From: Candidatus Omnitrophota bacterium
GTDB taxonomy: Bacteria; Omnitrophota; Gorgyraeia; Tantalellales; Tantalellaceae
Reading direction: 5' to 3'
Assembly: GCA_043811335.1 (NCBI GenBank)
Contig: JBDRNI010000040.1
Coordinates: 1 to 39,496, forward strand
DNA: 39,496 nucleotides
The notes beneath the pieces are model-generated. The model saw only the letters and a list, made by a program, of their open reading frames with translations. It searched no databases and had not been told where the DNA came from. This document shows, one piece after another, positions 22,557-32,008 of this stretch. Numbering within the stretch: the stretch's first letter is position 1; every line of letters begins with the position of its first letter. The translations under genes and the position numbers were made by a program.

Positions 22557-22619
22557 AGTTCCGCGAGGAAAGCGGCAGCTCCGGAGAAAATGGTTGAGAA
22601 ATGATCAGGAAGGTAATAC

Positions 22620-23018
22620 ATGAGCGTCACGGATTTAATTGCAGACCAGCTGACAGTGATGAGAAATGCCATCATGGCCGGCAAAAAAGATGTTATCATA
22701 AAGCGATCCGGTATTATAGAGGGAATCGTTGAGATAATGAAAAAAGAGGGTTTTATTGAGAACTACAAGGTTATTGAAGATACCCGGCAGGGGAAAATAA
22801 AGATATACCTGAAGAGTCTCGAGGACGGAACCCCGGTGATAAAGACACTGAATAGGATCTCGAAACCGGGCCGCCGCGCGTATCTTCCGGTAAAAAAAGT
22901 AAAAAGCGTGATGGGCGGTGTAGGGATTGCAATTCTTTCTACAAGCAAAGGTCTTTTGACCGACAGCCAAGCACGTGAGCTTGGCCTCGGCGGAGAGATC
23001 ATCTGTAAGATATGGTGA
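22620..23018 (+). CDS. rpsH: 30S ribosomal protein S8
   Basis: DLIADQLTVMRNA... GGEIICKIW C-terminus. Confidence 0.96.
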   Translation: MSVTDLIADQLTVMRNAIMAGKKDVIIKRSGIIEGIVEIMKKEGFIENYKVIEDTRQGKIKIYLKSLEDGTPVIKTLNRISKPGRRAYLPVKKVKSVMGGVGIAILSTSKGLLTDSQARELGLGGEIICKIW

Positions 23019-23059
23019 AAAAGGCACGGATTAACACGGATACAGAGGGACGAGGTGAT

Positions 23060-23278
23060 AAAATTCTAAATACTAAATCCGAAATACTAAACAAACAACA
23101 ATGATTCAAATCACAAATTCCAAACCATTTCCGTATAGCTTTCGTTTAACTATTCTGGTTTGGGATTTGGGACATTAGGAATTAGTATTTGTTTAGTATT
23201 TAGATATTCGGATTTAGGATTTTCGTATATAGGAATTAGGATTTGTTTAGGATTTAGAGATTTGGATTTAGTATTTTT
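23060..23278. repeat. Family C element, copy C2 (rpsH|rplF spacer), right arm tandemly duplicated
   Basis: AAAATTCTAAATACTAAATCCGAAATACTAAACAAA ... ATTCTGGTTTGGGATTTGG ... then two successive right-arm copies (about 23177-23229 and 23231-23278). Confidence 0.85.
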
Positions 23279-23310
23279 GCTAGTGTGAACAAAAAGGTAA
23301 AGGACAAAAG

Positions 23311-23847
23311 ATGTCAAGAGTAGGAAGACGGCCGATTGATATTCCGGCCGGGATAAAGATTGAAATAAAAGAAACTCTGGTAAAGGTTGAGGGAAGCGGA
23401 AAATCCCTTGAACACACCGTACCTGAGGGGTTTATCGCAGAGTTCAAGGATAACCAGGTCATTATTATCAGGCCTTCTGATTCGCGGACGATGAGGGCGC
23501 TGCATGGCACGACGAGAAGCCTTATTCAGAACATGGTTACGGGGCTTAAAACCGCTTTTCAGAAGAAGCTCAAGATACAGGGCGTAGGATATAAAGCGCA
23601 GATGAAGGGAAAAACACTGGTTCTGGATCTGGGCTTTTCGCACAGTATAAATTATGTTCCGCCGGAGGATGTAATAGTGGAGATCGTGAGCCCCACAGAG
23701 ATCCTGGTCAAAGGGGTGGACAAACAAAAGGTCGGTGAAGTTGCGGCTAAGATACGCCAGTTTTATCCTCCCGAACCATATAAGGGCAAGGGGATCAGGT
23801 ATGAAGGCGAATATGTGAGACAGAAACAGGGTAAGAGCGTGGCTTAA
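23311..23847 (+). CDS. rplF: 50S ribosomal protein L6
   Basis: MSRVGRRPIDIPAG... YKGKGIRY motif. Confidence 0.96.
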   Translation: MSRVGRRPIDIPAGIKIEIKETLVKVEGSGKSLEHTVPEGFIAEFKDNQVIIIRPSDSRTMRALHGTTRSLIQNMVTGLKTAFQKKLKIQGVGYKAQMKGKTLVLDLGFSHSINYVPPEDVIVEIVSPTEILVKGVDKQKVGEVAAKIRQFYPPEPYKGKGIRYEGEYVRQKQGKSVA

Positions 23848-23865
23848 GAAAGTTGCGGTGTAAAA

Positions 23866-24228
23866 ATGGATGCGGCGAAACAAAGAAAAAGACGAAAAAG
23901 ATCAATACGGAAAAAAATTTTCGGCACTCCCGAAAAACCCCGGATGTGTGTTCATAAGAGCAACCGGAACATTTATATTCAGGTAGTGGATGACGTGAAT
24001 GGCAAAACGCTGTGCGGTGTATCTACCGCGACTTTGGTCTCAAAGGACAAGTCCGGCCAGTATACGCGCAAGAACGCGCATTTCGCAGAAATTCTGGGCG
24101 AAAAGATCGCGGACATCGCCGCGAAAAAGGGCATAAAAAAAATAGTGTTTGATAGATCGGGATATCAGTATCACGGGGTTGTGAAGGCTGTTGCCGAAGC
24201 GGCAAGAAAAAAAGGGATGGAATTTTAG
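23866..24228 (+). CDS. rplR: 50S ribosomal protein L18
   Basis: Conserved order. FDRSGYQYHGVVKAVAEAARKKGMEF C-terminus. Confidence 0.95.
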   Translation: MDAAKQRKRRKRSIRKKIFGTPEKPRMCVHKSNRNIYIQVVDDVNGKTLCGVSTATLVSKDKSGQYTRKNAHFAEILGEKIADIAAKKGIKKIVFDRSGYQYHGVVKAVAEAARKKGMEF

Positions 24229-24248
24229 GCTTTTCGCCAGGAGGATAG

Positions 24249-24839
24249 ATGCAGAATAAAGAAGAAAAACCCGCTGTAACACCCGGAGAAACACCTTCCG
24301 ACGCGGGACGAGAAAATAAAAATAGACCGGAAGAAAGACCGTCAAGAGGCGGGGGCGGTTTTTCAAAAAAATCCGATAAGGAATTTCCTGAACACGTCGT
24401 AAAGATAAACAGGGTATCAAAGGTCGTAAAGGGCGGCAGAAATTTTTCTTTCAGCGCTCTTGTCGTTACGGGCGATGGTAAAGGACGCGTCGGTGTGGGA
24501 TTCGGAAAATCCAATGAAGTAGTGGAATCAATAAAAAAGGGCGTGGTAAAAGCGAAAAAGAACCTTGTTTTAATTAATCTGAAGGGCGATACCATACCGC
24601 ATGAAGTGATGGGCAAATACAAGGCATCCAGGGTACTTTTGAAGCCGGCTTCGCCGGGAACAGGAGTAATCGCCGGTGGACCCGTGAGAGCGCTCTGTGA
24701 GGCGGTAGGCATAAAAAATATTCTCACGAAAAGTCTTGGGTCAAGAAACGCCATAAATGTTATAAAAGCCGCTCTGTGCGGGCTCCAGCAGCTGCAATTC
24801 AAGCGAAAAGGGTGCAACACAGAGGACACTGAATTATGA
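24249..24839 (+). CDS. rpsE: 30S ribosomal protein S5 (about 35-aa N-terminal extension; C-terminus inside repeat A3)
   Basis: [39 protein letters not shown] core. The last residues NTEDTEL are encoded by the family A motif. Confidence 0.95.
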   Translation: MQNKEEKPAVTPGETPSDAGRENKNRPEERPSRGGGGFSKKSDKEFPEHVVKINRVSKVVKGGRNFSFSALVVTGDGKGRVGVGFGKSNEVVESIKKGVVKAKKNLVLINLKGDTIPHEVMGKYKASRVLLKPASPGTGVIAGGPVRALCEAVGIKNILTKSLGSRNAINVIKAALCGLQQLQFKRKGCNTEDTEL

Positions 24840-24914
24840 CACTGAGGGCGCTGAGGGAAACTGAGAACACTGATTTCTGTGTTCTCAGAAGTTTCAGTGT
24901 GTTCAGTGTTGCAA
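24816..24914. repeat. Family A element, copy A3 (rpsE|rplO spacer, where rpmD usually sits)
   Basis: AACACAGAGGACACTGAA ... CTGAGAACACTGATTTCTGTGTTCTCAGAAGTTTCAGTGTGTTCAGTGTTGCAA, followed by TGGAGG and the rplO ATG. Confidence 0.85.
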
Positions 24915-24926
24915 TGGAGGAAACTA

Positions 24927-25391
24927 ATGGTACTTAGGATAGAAGACATCAGGAGACCGCGGGGAATAAAAAAGCCTGGTAAACGCAAAGGCCGCGGTAT
25001 AGGTTCAGGGCGCGGAAAGACCAGTGGTCGTGGCCATAAAGGGGCGAAATCGCGATCCGGCGGCGGCGTATACAATCCCGGGTTTGAGGGTGGGCAGATG
25101 CCTCTGGTGAGACGCATTCCCAAGAGAGGATTCACGAACAAGTTTAGACGGGCAAAAAATGTTATAAACACAGGCACTCTGCAGAGGGTTGAGGCGATCG
25201 CGGACGGAGCGGTTATTGATAACGCTTTTTTGCTTGATGCGAGGATTATCCGGAAAAAAGGATTACCGCTCAAGGTCCTGGCAAAAGGAAGATTAGACAA
25301 GGCGATAACCGTGAAGGCCGATGCGTTTTCACTGGCGGCGAAAAAAGGCATTGAAGAAGCCGGCGGTAAAGCAATAAATAATGTCAAATGA
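24927..25391 (+). CDS. rplO: 50S ribosomal protein L15
   Basis: MVLRIEDIRRPRGIKKPGKRKGRGIGSGRGKTSGRGHKG. The ATG at 24927 lies 6 nt after GGAGG. The track start at 24879 extends into the repeat. Confidence 0.94.
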   Translation: MVLRIEDIRRPRGIKKPGKRKGRGIGSGRGKTSGRGHKGAKSRSGGGVYNPGFEGGQMPLVRRIPKRGFTNKFRRAKNVINTGTLQRVEAIADGAVIDNAFLLDARIIRKKGLPLKVLAKGRLDKAITVKADAFSLAAKKGIEEAGGKAINNVK

Positions 25392-25492
25392 CAAAATTCA
25401 AAAAACAAAACACCAGATAAAATTTAATGTTTTGTTATTTGGATTTGGGATTTTGGATTTATTTTGGATTTTGTGCTTTGTCATTTGAGTTT
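25383..25492. repeat. Family B element, copy B2 (overlaps the rplO stop; rplO|secY spacer)
   Basis: GTCAAATGACAAAATTCAAAAAAC ... GGATTTGGGATTTTGGATTTATTTTGGATTTTGTGCTTTGTCATTTGAG. Confidence 0.85.
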
Positions 25493-25532
25493 AACAGTTG
25501 GTTGTCCACTGTTTTTAAGACAGGAGTAATGG

Positions 25533-26882
25533 GTGTTTGACGCTTTTGTAAATATTTTCAAAATTCCAGATCTGAAAAAAAAGATCCTGTTTACTCTCGG
25601 GTTGATAGCCGTATACAGGATAGGCGCTTTTGTTCCGACGCCGGGGATAGACGGTCAGCAGCTGGCGCAGTTCTTTGATAATATTGCGAAGACACAGGGC
25701 GGAACGCTGTTAGGTATAATGAACATGTTTTCCGGCGGTGCCATGCAGCGATTAACCATATTTGCTCTCGGTATCATGCCGTATATATCCGCGTCGATCA
25801 TTCTACAGCTTTTGACGACGGTTATTCCGGCGCTGGAACGCCTTGCGAAGCAGGGAGAGGAAGGCCGCAAGGCCATAACCCAATATACGAGATATTGTAC
25901 GATAGGTCTTGCTATCGTACAGTCCTTTTTTATAGCGTTGTGGCTGGAAAACCCCGCGCATTTCCAGGGCATGCAGATCGTCCAGTATCCGGGATTGGGT
26001 TTTCGGATATTGTCCGTCATTACGCTTACGACGGGAACGGCGTTTATCATGTGGCTTGGCGAGCAGATACAGGAAAAGGGGATCGGTAACGGTATTTCAT
26101 TGATAATTACGGCCGGTATCGTTTCAAGGCTGCCGGCAGCTATTATACAGCTTGTTTCACTGGCATCTCCGGGAAGCAGTGGTGAGGCCCAGATAGACCC
26201 GTTCAAACTGGTTTTTCTTGCGCTCATGTTCGTGGGTGTTATTGTCGCCGTTGTCCTCATAACGCAGGGTCAGAGGAAGATCCCGATCCAGTATGCCAAA
26301 AGGGTTATCGGCAGAAGGGTATACGGCGGACAGAGCACTTATATACCTCTGAGGGTTAACCAGGGCGGTGTTATCCCCATTATATTCGCGCAGTCGATCA
26401 TATTATTTCCGGCCACGATCGCCGGTTTTGTCCCGCACAGAACAGTGCAGACACTTGCGAGTTCTCTCATGATGGGAAGACCACTTTATTATGTGGTGTA
26501 TTCGCTGCTTATATTATTTTTCTGTTATTTTTACGCGGCAATAACTTTTAACCCCATTGATATGGCAAATAACATGAAACGGTTCGGGGGGTTCGTGCCG
26601 GGAATAAGACCCGGGAAGCAAACTGCCGAATATCTGGATTTTATAATGACGCGCATAACGTTGCCGGGCGCCTTGTTTCTTACCGTCATAGCGGTTTTGC
26701 CGAGCGTGATAAACAGTCAGATCGGCATACCCTTTCTCGTAGCCAGTTTTTTCGGAGGCACCGGTCTCTTAATCGTTGTCGGAGTCATGCTGGACACGAT
26801 GAGGCAGGTGGAATCGCACATGCTCACGAGACACTATGAAGGGTTCATGAAAAAAGGGCGAGTACGGGGACGGTTGGCATGA
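25533..26882 (+). CDS. secY: preprotein translocase subunit SecY (GTG start)
   Basis: 449 aa with multiple TM segments and the conserved spc-cluster position. AGGAG lies 6 nt upstream. Confidence 0.96.
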   Translation: MFDAFVNIFKIPDLKKKILFTLGLIAVYRIGAFVPTPGIDGQQLAQFFDNIAKTQGGTLLGIMNMFSGGAMQRLTIFALGIMPYISASIILQLLTTVIPALERLAKQGEEGRKAITQYTRYCTIGLAIVQSFFIALWLENPAHFQGMQIVQYPGLGFRILSVITLTTGTAFIMWLGEQIQEKGIGNGISLIITAGIVSRLPAAIIQLVSLASPGSSGEAQIDPFKLVFLALMFVGVIVAVVLITQGQRKIPIQYAKRVIGRRVYGGQSTYIPLRVNQGGVIPIIFAQSIILFPATIAGFVPHRTVQTLASSLMMGRPLYYVVYSLLILFFCYFYAAITFNPIDMANNMKRFGGFVPGIRPGKQTAEYLDFIMTRITLPGALFLTVIAVLPSVINSQIGIPFLVASFFGGTGLLIVVGVMLDTMRQVESHMLTRHYEGFMKKGRVRGRLA

Positions 26883-27571
26883 CGCTGAAGAAAGAGTTTA
26901 ATCTGGTTCTTTTAGGACCTCCCGGCGCCGGCAAGGGAACGCAGGCAGGTTATTTGACAAAAGCGTATCATCTGCCCCATGTTTCTACGGGAGACATGCT
27001 GCGCGAGGCCGTGAAAGAAGGCACCGAAACGGGAATAGAGGCCGAGAAGTATATGAATTCCGGGGAGCTTGTTCCCGATTCCGTCGTGACGCGTATCATG
27101 ATAGAGCGGATGGCCAAGCCGGATGCTGCAGGCGGCGTGATATTTGATGGATATCCGCGAACCGTTCCGCAGGCCGGATCGCTTGATGACGCGTTGATCA
27201 AGGAAGAACGCTCTTTGAATGTTGTGCTGTATTTTGAAACAACCGAGAAAGTTGCTGTCGAGAGGCTTTCCGGACGGAGAGTTTGCGGTAAGTGCAGCAA
27301 GAACTATCACGTTACTAACATGCCTCCGGCAAAAGATGGAACATGCGACGTTTGCGGTGGAGAACTTATACAGCGGGAAGACGACAAACCGGAAACGGTA
27401 AAAAATCGGTTAGCAGTTTATAAGGAACGTACGAAAGACCTTATTGAGTATTACGAGAAAAAAGGCCTCTTAAGGGAAGTTAACGGTGATCTTCCGGCTA
27501 AACAGCTCTTTGATGATATAGACGCTCTTTTTCGTCAGGAAGGCCTGATAAATGACGGTGATAACGGATAA
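26879..27571 (+). CDS. adk: adenylate kinase with Zn-binding lid
   Basis: GPPGAGKGT P-loop, STGDMLR, DGYPRT, and lid CGKC...CDVCGG. Confidence 0.96.
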   Translation: MTLKKEFNLVLLGPPGAGKGTQAGYLTKAYHLPHVSTGDMLREAVKEGTETGIEAEKYMNSGELVPDSVVTRIMIERMAKPDAAGGVIFDGYPRTVPQAGSLDDALIKEERSLNVVLYFETTEKVAVERLSGRRVCGKCSKNYHVTNMPPAKDGTCDVCGGELIQREDDKPETVKNRLAVYKERTKDLIEYYEKKGLLREVNGDLPAKQLFDDIDALFRQEGLINDGDNG

Positions 27572-28295
27572 TAAGGAAATCCGGCGAATCCGTGAAGGCG
27601 GGGAAATAATAAGAGAGATATTTTCCTGGATGAAGAAGAACATAGCCGAGGGGGTTTCCACCGCCGTTTTGGATAAGGGAGCAGAAGAGATAATCCTGGC
27701 AAGAGGCGCGGAACCGGCGTTCAAGGGATACAAGGGTTTTCCGGCGACAATATGCGCTTCCGTTAACGATGTTGTTGTCCACGGATTGCCTTCACGGAAG
27801 GCGGTTCTTGCTGCCGGGGATATAATCGGAATTGACGTCGGGGTTAAAAAGAACGGCTATTACGCGGACGCGGCGCGGACATTTAGTGTCGGAAAAATAA
27901 GCGATAGCGCAAGGCATCTGATTGATGTTACGAGAGAATGTCTTGTGAAGGGCATAGAGCAGGCCGTTGAAGGCAACAGGGTTTCGGATATATCCAATGC
28001 CATTCAGGTATTTGCCCGGAAAAAAGGTTTCAAGGAAGTCCGGATGTTTGTAGGGCACGGGATCGGAAGAAAACTGCATGAATCTCCCGAGATACCGAAC
28101 TGGGGAGAGAAAGGCAAGGGACCCGTGCTCAAGGAAGGGCTTCTTCTGGCGATAGAGCCGATGATAAACGCGGGGACCAGAAAGCTTAAGGTCCTGTCGG
28201 ACGGCTGGACGGCCGTGACGGTGGACGGAAAGTTATCGGCCCATTTTGAAGATACGGTCAGAGTCGGGCGCAGGAAAGCGGAGGTAATAACATGA
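27552..28295 (+). CDS. map: type I methionine aminopeptidase
   Basis: Metal-ligand context [22 protein letters not shown]. Overlaps the adk end by 20 nt. Confidence 0.94.
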   Translation: MTVITDNKEIRRIREGGEIIREIFSWMKKNIAEGVSTAVLDKGAEEIILARGAEPAFKGYKGFPATICASVNDVVVHGLPSRKAVLAAGDIIGIDVGVKKNGYYADAARTFSVGKISDSARHLIDVTRECLVKGIEQAVEGNRVSDISNAIQVFARKKGFKEVRMFVGHGIGRKLHESPEIPNWGEKGKGPVLKEGLLLAIEPMINAGTRKLKVLSDGWTAVTVDGKLSAHFEDTVRVGRRKAEVIT

Positions 28296-28513
28296 GTCCC
28301 AAAGAAGAAGCTATTGTTGCTACCGGTGAAATATCGGAATGTCTCCCGAACGCCATGTTCAGGGTCAAGTTGGAAAACGGACATATCGTGCTTGCGCATG
28401 TTTCGGGAAAGATGCGGATGTATTTCATCAGGATCGTTCCGGGAGACAAGGTGACAGTTGAACTTTCCCCGTATGATCTGGGCAGGGGAAGAATAACGCA
28501 AAGAGAGAAGTGA
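28292..28513 (+). CDS. infA: translation initiation factor IF-1
   Basis: 73 aa S1-like OB fold. [21 protein letters not shown]. Confidence 0.96.
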   Translation: MSPKEEAIVATGEISECLPNAMFRVKLENGHIVLAHVSGKMRMYFIRIVPGDKVTVELSPYDLGRGRITQREK

Positions 28514-28515
28514 TC

Positions 28516-28629
28516 ATGAAAGTCAGACCGAGTATAAGAAAAATGTGCACGAAGTGCAAGATCGTAAAACGAAAAGGTGTTGTGCGGGTGATCTGCCAGG
28601 ACCCAAAGCACAAGCAGCGGCAGGGATAG
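28516..28629 (+). CDS. rpmJ: 50S ribosomal protein L36
   Basis: 37-aa ORF not in the track: [37 protein letters not shown]. Confidence 0.93.
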   Translation: MKVRPSIRKMCTKCKIVKRKGVVRVICQDPKHKQRQG

Positions 28630-28640
28630 AGTTGATATAT

Positions 28641-28759
28641 AGTGAACAGTGATCTGTGATCAGTGAGTAGTGATCAGCCAGAAACAACATATGGGGCAAA
28701 AAACAAAGAATACTTAAACGTACAGATCACAGATCACTGATCACTGTTCACAGATCACT
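28641..28759. repeat. Family D element, copy D1: inverted arrays of five 7-nt units (WGTGAWC) around a 45-nt loop
   Basis: Left arm AGTGAAC AGTGATC TGTGATC AGTGAGT AGTGATC (28641-28677). Right arm AGATCAC AGATCAC TGATCAC TGTTCAC AGATCAC (28723-28759). It contains 7 GATC sites. Confidence 0.85.
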
Positions 28760-28788
28760 AAATATTGCGACACAAAGAGGAGTAACAC

Positions 28789-29193
28789 ATGCCGAGGATC
28801 ATTGGGGTTGATGTACCGAAAGAAAAACGGATAGAGATAGCGCTGACCTATGTTTTTGGGATAGGGAGAACGGTTTCAAACGCAATACTGAATGAGGCCG
28901 GGATCTCTCCCGATAAGAGGGCGAAGGACCTGGATGACAAGGAACTCACGTCTATCACGCGCATTATTCAGGAAAGATATCAGGTTGAGGGAGACCTTAG
29001 GCGGCTCGTTACGGGTAACATAAAGCGGCTGATGAGCGCAGGAACGTACAGGGGGATGCGGCATAAAAGAAACCTTCCCGTGAGAGGGCAGAGGACAAAA
29101 ACGAATGCCAGGACTCGAAAGGGGCCTAAAAAAACAGTAGGGGCCTTCAAGGATAAAGCAGCCAGAAAGCCCGCAAAACCGAGTGAAGAATAA
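28789..29193 (+). CDS. rpsM: 30S ribosomal protein S13
   Basis: [26 protein letters not shown]. Confidence 0.96.
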   Translation: MPRIIGVDVPKEKRIEIALTYVFGIGRTVSNAILNEAGISPDKRAKDLDDKELTSITRIIQERYQVEGDLRRLVTGNIKRLMSAGTYRGMRHKRNLPVRGQRTKTNARTRKGPKKTVGAFKDKAARKPAKPSEE

Positions 29194-29222
29194 CGGGGTG
29201 AACCCCGGCAGGAAAGGAAACC

Positions 29223-29615
29223 GTGCAAAAAAGGCCGAAGACAAAAAAGCGTAAGAAAATAATAAGAAAAGTATCCGCCGGAAAGGTATACGTCCATGCG
29301 ACGTTCAATAATACCATAGTGACCGTAACGGACACTATGGGAAAGACCCTGTGCTGGAGTTCGCCCGGCATGGTTGGTTTCAAGGGATCCAGAAAATCCA
29401 CCCCCTTTGCAGCAACGGTGGCGGCAAAAGACGCGGTCAGGAAGGCGAAGACATTTGGAATAAAGGACGTAGAAGTATTTCTCAGGGGGCCCGGTTCAGG
29501 CAAGGAAAGCGCCGTGAGAAGCATCAGATCCGAAGGCCTTAACGTGCGGACCATAATAGACCTGACACCGACCCCGCACAATGGATGCAGGCCGAAGAAA
29601 AGGAGAAGAGTATAA
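29223..29615 (+). CDS. rpsK: 30S ribosomal protein S11 (GTG start)
   Basis: [18 protein letters not shown]... [16 protein letters not shown]. Confidence 0.95.
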   Translation: MQKRPKTKKRKKIIRKVSAGKVYVHATFNNTIVTVTDTMGKTLCWSSPGMVGFKGSRKSTPFAATVAAKDAVRKAKTFGIKDVEVFLRGPGSGKESAVRSIRSEGLNVRTIIDLTPTPHNGCRPKKRRRV

Positions 29616-30247
29616 TGGCAAGACAAGTGGCGGCATCCTGCCGGCTTTGCCGCAGAGAGAGCGAGAAATTGTTTTTAAAGGGAGTAAGATGCGTCTCTGA
29701 CAAGTGCGCTTTTGTCAGGAGGGAATACGCGCCCGGGCAGCACGGCCAGAAAAGAAAACGGAGAAAGTCCTCGGAATATGAAGCCCAGCTGAGAGAGAAA
29801 CAAAAGGCCAAAAGATCATACGGCATTCTTGAACGGCAGTTCAGAAACTATTTCAAAAAGGCCGAGAGGGCAAGAGGATCAACAGGAGAGATGCTTCTGC
29901 AATTGCTGGAACGGCGGCTTGACAATGTAGTTCAAAGATCCGGTTTTGCCGTAAGTCGTTCTTCAGCGCGGCAGCTCGTGACTCACGGGTTTGTGAAGAT
30001 AAACGGCCGAAAGGTCAATATCCCGTCTTATCTCGTGAAGACCGGGGATAAAATAGTGTTAAAAGGAAAAGAAAAACAGCTGAAAGCCATCAGGGAAACC
30101 TCAAAGATGCTTGAAGAGCGGGGAACCCCGGAATGGCTTAAGGTCTCGCCGGAAGATCTTACCGCGGAAATAAAACGGCTGCCGATAAAGAAAGATATCG
30201 GAATGGTCATAGAGGAAAGCCTGATCGTTGAATTATATTCAAAATAA
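29615..30247 (+). CDS. rpsD: 30S ribosomal protein S4
   Basis: [23 protein letters not shown]... The ATG at 29615 follows AAGGAGAAG and overlaps the rpsK stop (TAATG). The track start at 29585 is an upstream in-frame ATG inside rpsK. Confidence 0.93.
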   Translation: MARQVAASCRLCRRESEKLFLKGVRCVSDKCAFVRREYAPGQHGQKRKRRKSSEYEAQLREKQKAKRSYGILERQFRNYFKKAERARGSTGEMLLQLLERRLDNVVQRSGFAVSRSSARQLVTHGFVKINGRKVNIPSYLVKTGDKIVLKGKEKQLKAIRETSKMLEERGTPEWLKVSPEDLTAEIKRLPIKKDIGMVIEESLIVELYSK

Positions 30248-30299
30248 TCAGTTGCATTTTGTAAGTGTTGAATAGAACAGGGGTTACGACGAAGGAGGG

Positions 30300-31298
30300 A
30301 TGCGCGCGATGGGAATGAAATTGAAGAACTTTGAGTTACCCAAGCAAATAATCTTTAACGAGAAAACATACACTCCGACTTACGGGCAAGTTGTTGCGGA
30401 ACCTTTTGAAAAAGGATACGGCGTGACGATAGGGAATTCACTGCGAAGGGTTTTGCTCTCGTCTGTGGAGGGAACGGCAATAACGCGTGTCAAGATTGAA
30501 GGGGCGCTTCACGAATTTTCGACCATTCCGGGAGTATATGAAGACGTATCGCAGATAGTAATGAACCTCAAAGGGCTGGTGCTGCGGTCACACTTCAAGA
30601 CCCCAAAACCGATATTTCTGAGCGTGAAGAAAAAAGGAGAGGTCAAGGCGAAAGACATCAAGACCGATGAAACGGTTGAAATAGTGAATCCGGAACACCA
30701 CATAGCGACGTTGACGGAAAACACCACTTTTGAAGTTGAAATGCGAGTTGAACGCGGCCGGGGATATGTTCCGTCAGAGAGGAACAAGAACGGGGATAGT
30801 CCGGCAGGCATGATCGCCATTGACTCCCTGTTCTCTCCGGTGAAAAGAGTGAATATAAATGTTGAGAATACAAGAGTGGGACATATTACCGACTATGACA
30901 AGCTTATTCTTGATATATTCACGAATGGCAGCATGGAACCGAAGGAGGCGCTTTTATACGCCTCCAATGTGCTTCAGAGGCATCTTGATGTTTTTGTGGG
31001 TATAGGAAAATTAACGGAAGAGATAGAGGAAAAAGAAGAGGAATCCAGAGAGAAAACGGAACTCCGGAATAAATTGACTAAACCTATTTCCGAGCTTGAA
31101 TTATCCGTGAGAAGCTCAAATTGTCTGGCTGACGCGAATATCCGGACGATCGGAGATCTCGTGAGAAGGAAAGAGGCGGAAATGCTCAAGTATAAGAATT
31201 TCGGAAAGAAATCATTGAATGAGATCAACAGCGTTCTCTCTTCGATGGGACTGCATCTTGGTCTGGAGCTGGACGATGACGGGGAAGAGGAGGCGTAG
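30300..31298 (+). CDS. rpoA: DNA-directed RNA polymerase subunit alpha
   Basis: 332 aa. NTD (GNSLRRVLLSS) and CTD helix-hairpin-helix (LELSVRSSNCL). GAAGGAGGG SD. Confidence 0.96.
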   Translation: MRAMGMKLKNFELPKQIIFNEKTYTPTYGQVVAEPFEKGYGVTIGNSLRRVLLSSVEGTAITRVKIEGALHEFSTIPGVYEDVSQIVMNLKGLVLRSHFKTPKPIFLSVKKKGEVKAKDIKTDETVEIVNPEHHIATLTENTTFEVEMRVERGRGYVPSERNKNGDSPAGMIAIDSLFSPVKRVNINVENTRVGHITDYDKLILDIFTNGSMEPKEALLYASNVLQRHLDVFVGIGKLTEEIEEKEEESREKTELRNKLTKPISELELSVRSSNCLADANIRTIGDLVRRKEAEMLKYKNFGKKSLNEINSVLSSMGLHLGLELDDDGEEEA

Positions 31299-31306
31299 AC
31301 GGTAAA

Positions 31307-31912
31307 ATGAGACATCGCAAGAAAAAGGGAAGGCTTTCAAGAAACACGGCCTGGCGGAAAGCCACGCTCAAGAGTCTCGCTAATGATCTTTTCAAGCATC
31401 AGCGGATAGAAACCACGATGGCCAAGGCGCGTGCTTTGCGAAGTTTCGCGGAACCGCTGATAACGCTGGCGAAAAAAAGCCCCGGTTCGATAATCGCGAT
31501 GCGCCGGGCGTTCCAAAAACTCTCCGATAAAGATACCGTGAAAAACCTGTTTACCAACCTGGCGCCTTTATATAAAGACGTGAACGGCGGATACACGCGT
31601 ATAATGGCATTTGGGGACAGAAGAGGTGATGGCGCGCGCATGGCTATCATGGAACTGACAAAGAGAACCATCTCGGATGAAGAACTTTTAGGCATCGATA
31701 CAAAAGAGAAAGAAAAGAAGCGGAAACCGAAAGCGCAAAAGGGAAAGAAAGAAGAACGGGAAAAGACAAAAACCGTTCATCCCGCCGCAAAAACGGAAGA
31801 AAAAGATAAACATTCCGCCATCGACGTCAAAAAAGAAAAAGCGAAAACGGAACGGGAAAAGGTCACGAAGAGAGGTTTTTTTAAAAGGTTCCAGAGAAAA
31901 TCCATCGGATAA
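31307..31912 (+). CDS. rplQ: 50S ribosomal protein L17 with a K/E-rich C-terminal tail of about 80 aa
   Basis: MRHRKKKGRLSRNTAWRKATLKSLANDLFKHQRIETT core, then a lysine/glutamate-rich low-complexity tail. Confidence 0.94.
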   Translation: MRHRKKKGRLSRNTAWRKATLKSLANDLFKHQRIETTMAKARALRSFAEPLITLAKKSPGSIIAMRRAFQKLSDKDTVKNLFTNLAPLYKDVNGGYTRIMAFGDRRGDGARMAIMELTKRTISDEELLGIDTKEKEKKRKPKAQKGKKEEREKTKTVHPAAKTEEKDKHSAIDVKKEKAKTEREKVTKRGFFKRFQRKSIG

Positions 31913-31935
31913 CGATCACCGATTTTCCCGCCAAA

Positions 31936-31966
31936 GGCAGACCCGCCTCCGGCGGGCTTGTCTGCC
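31936..31966 (+). terminator. GC-rich hairpin after rplQ (possible terminator, no T-run)
   Basis: GGCAGACCCGCC-TCC-GGCGGG(CTTG)TCTGCC. Confidence 0.3.
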
Positions 31967-32008
31967 GCAGATCAAAGGGTTTTACACCTACCACGTGGAG
32001 AGTGCAGC

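Noticed and set aside
20006-23278. Autonomous IS or transposon interpretation of the long A/T-rich elements
   Set aside because: The elements are no longer than about 220 nt and have no ORF with coding potential. No transposase or integrase is encoded anywhere in the window. At most they are non-autonomous (MITE/REP-like).
24840-24926. A hidden rpmD (L30) gene between rpsE and rplO
   Set aside because: The spacer is only 87 nt and is fully accounted for by repeat A3. No L30-like frame exists.
28691-28717. Mini-ORF MGQKTKNT in the loop of repeat D1
   Set aside because: It is eight codons long, has no Shine-Dalgarno, and the corresponding loop of D2 is not conserved.
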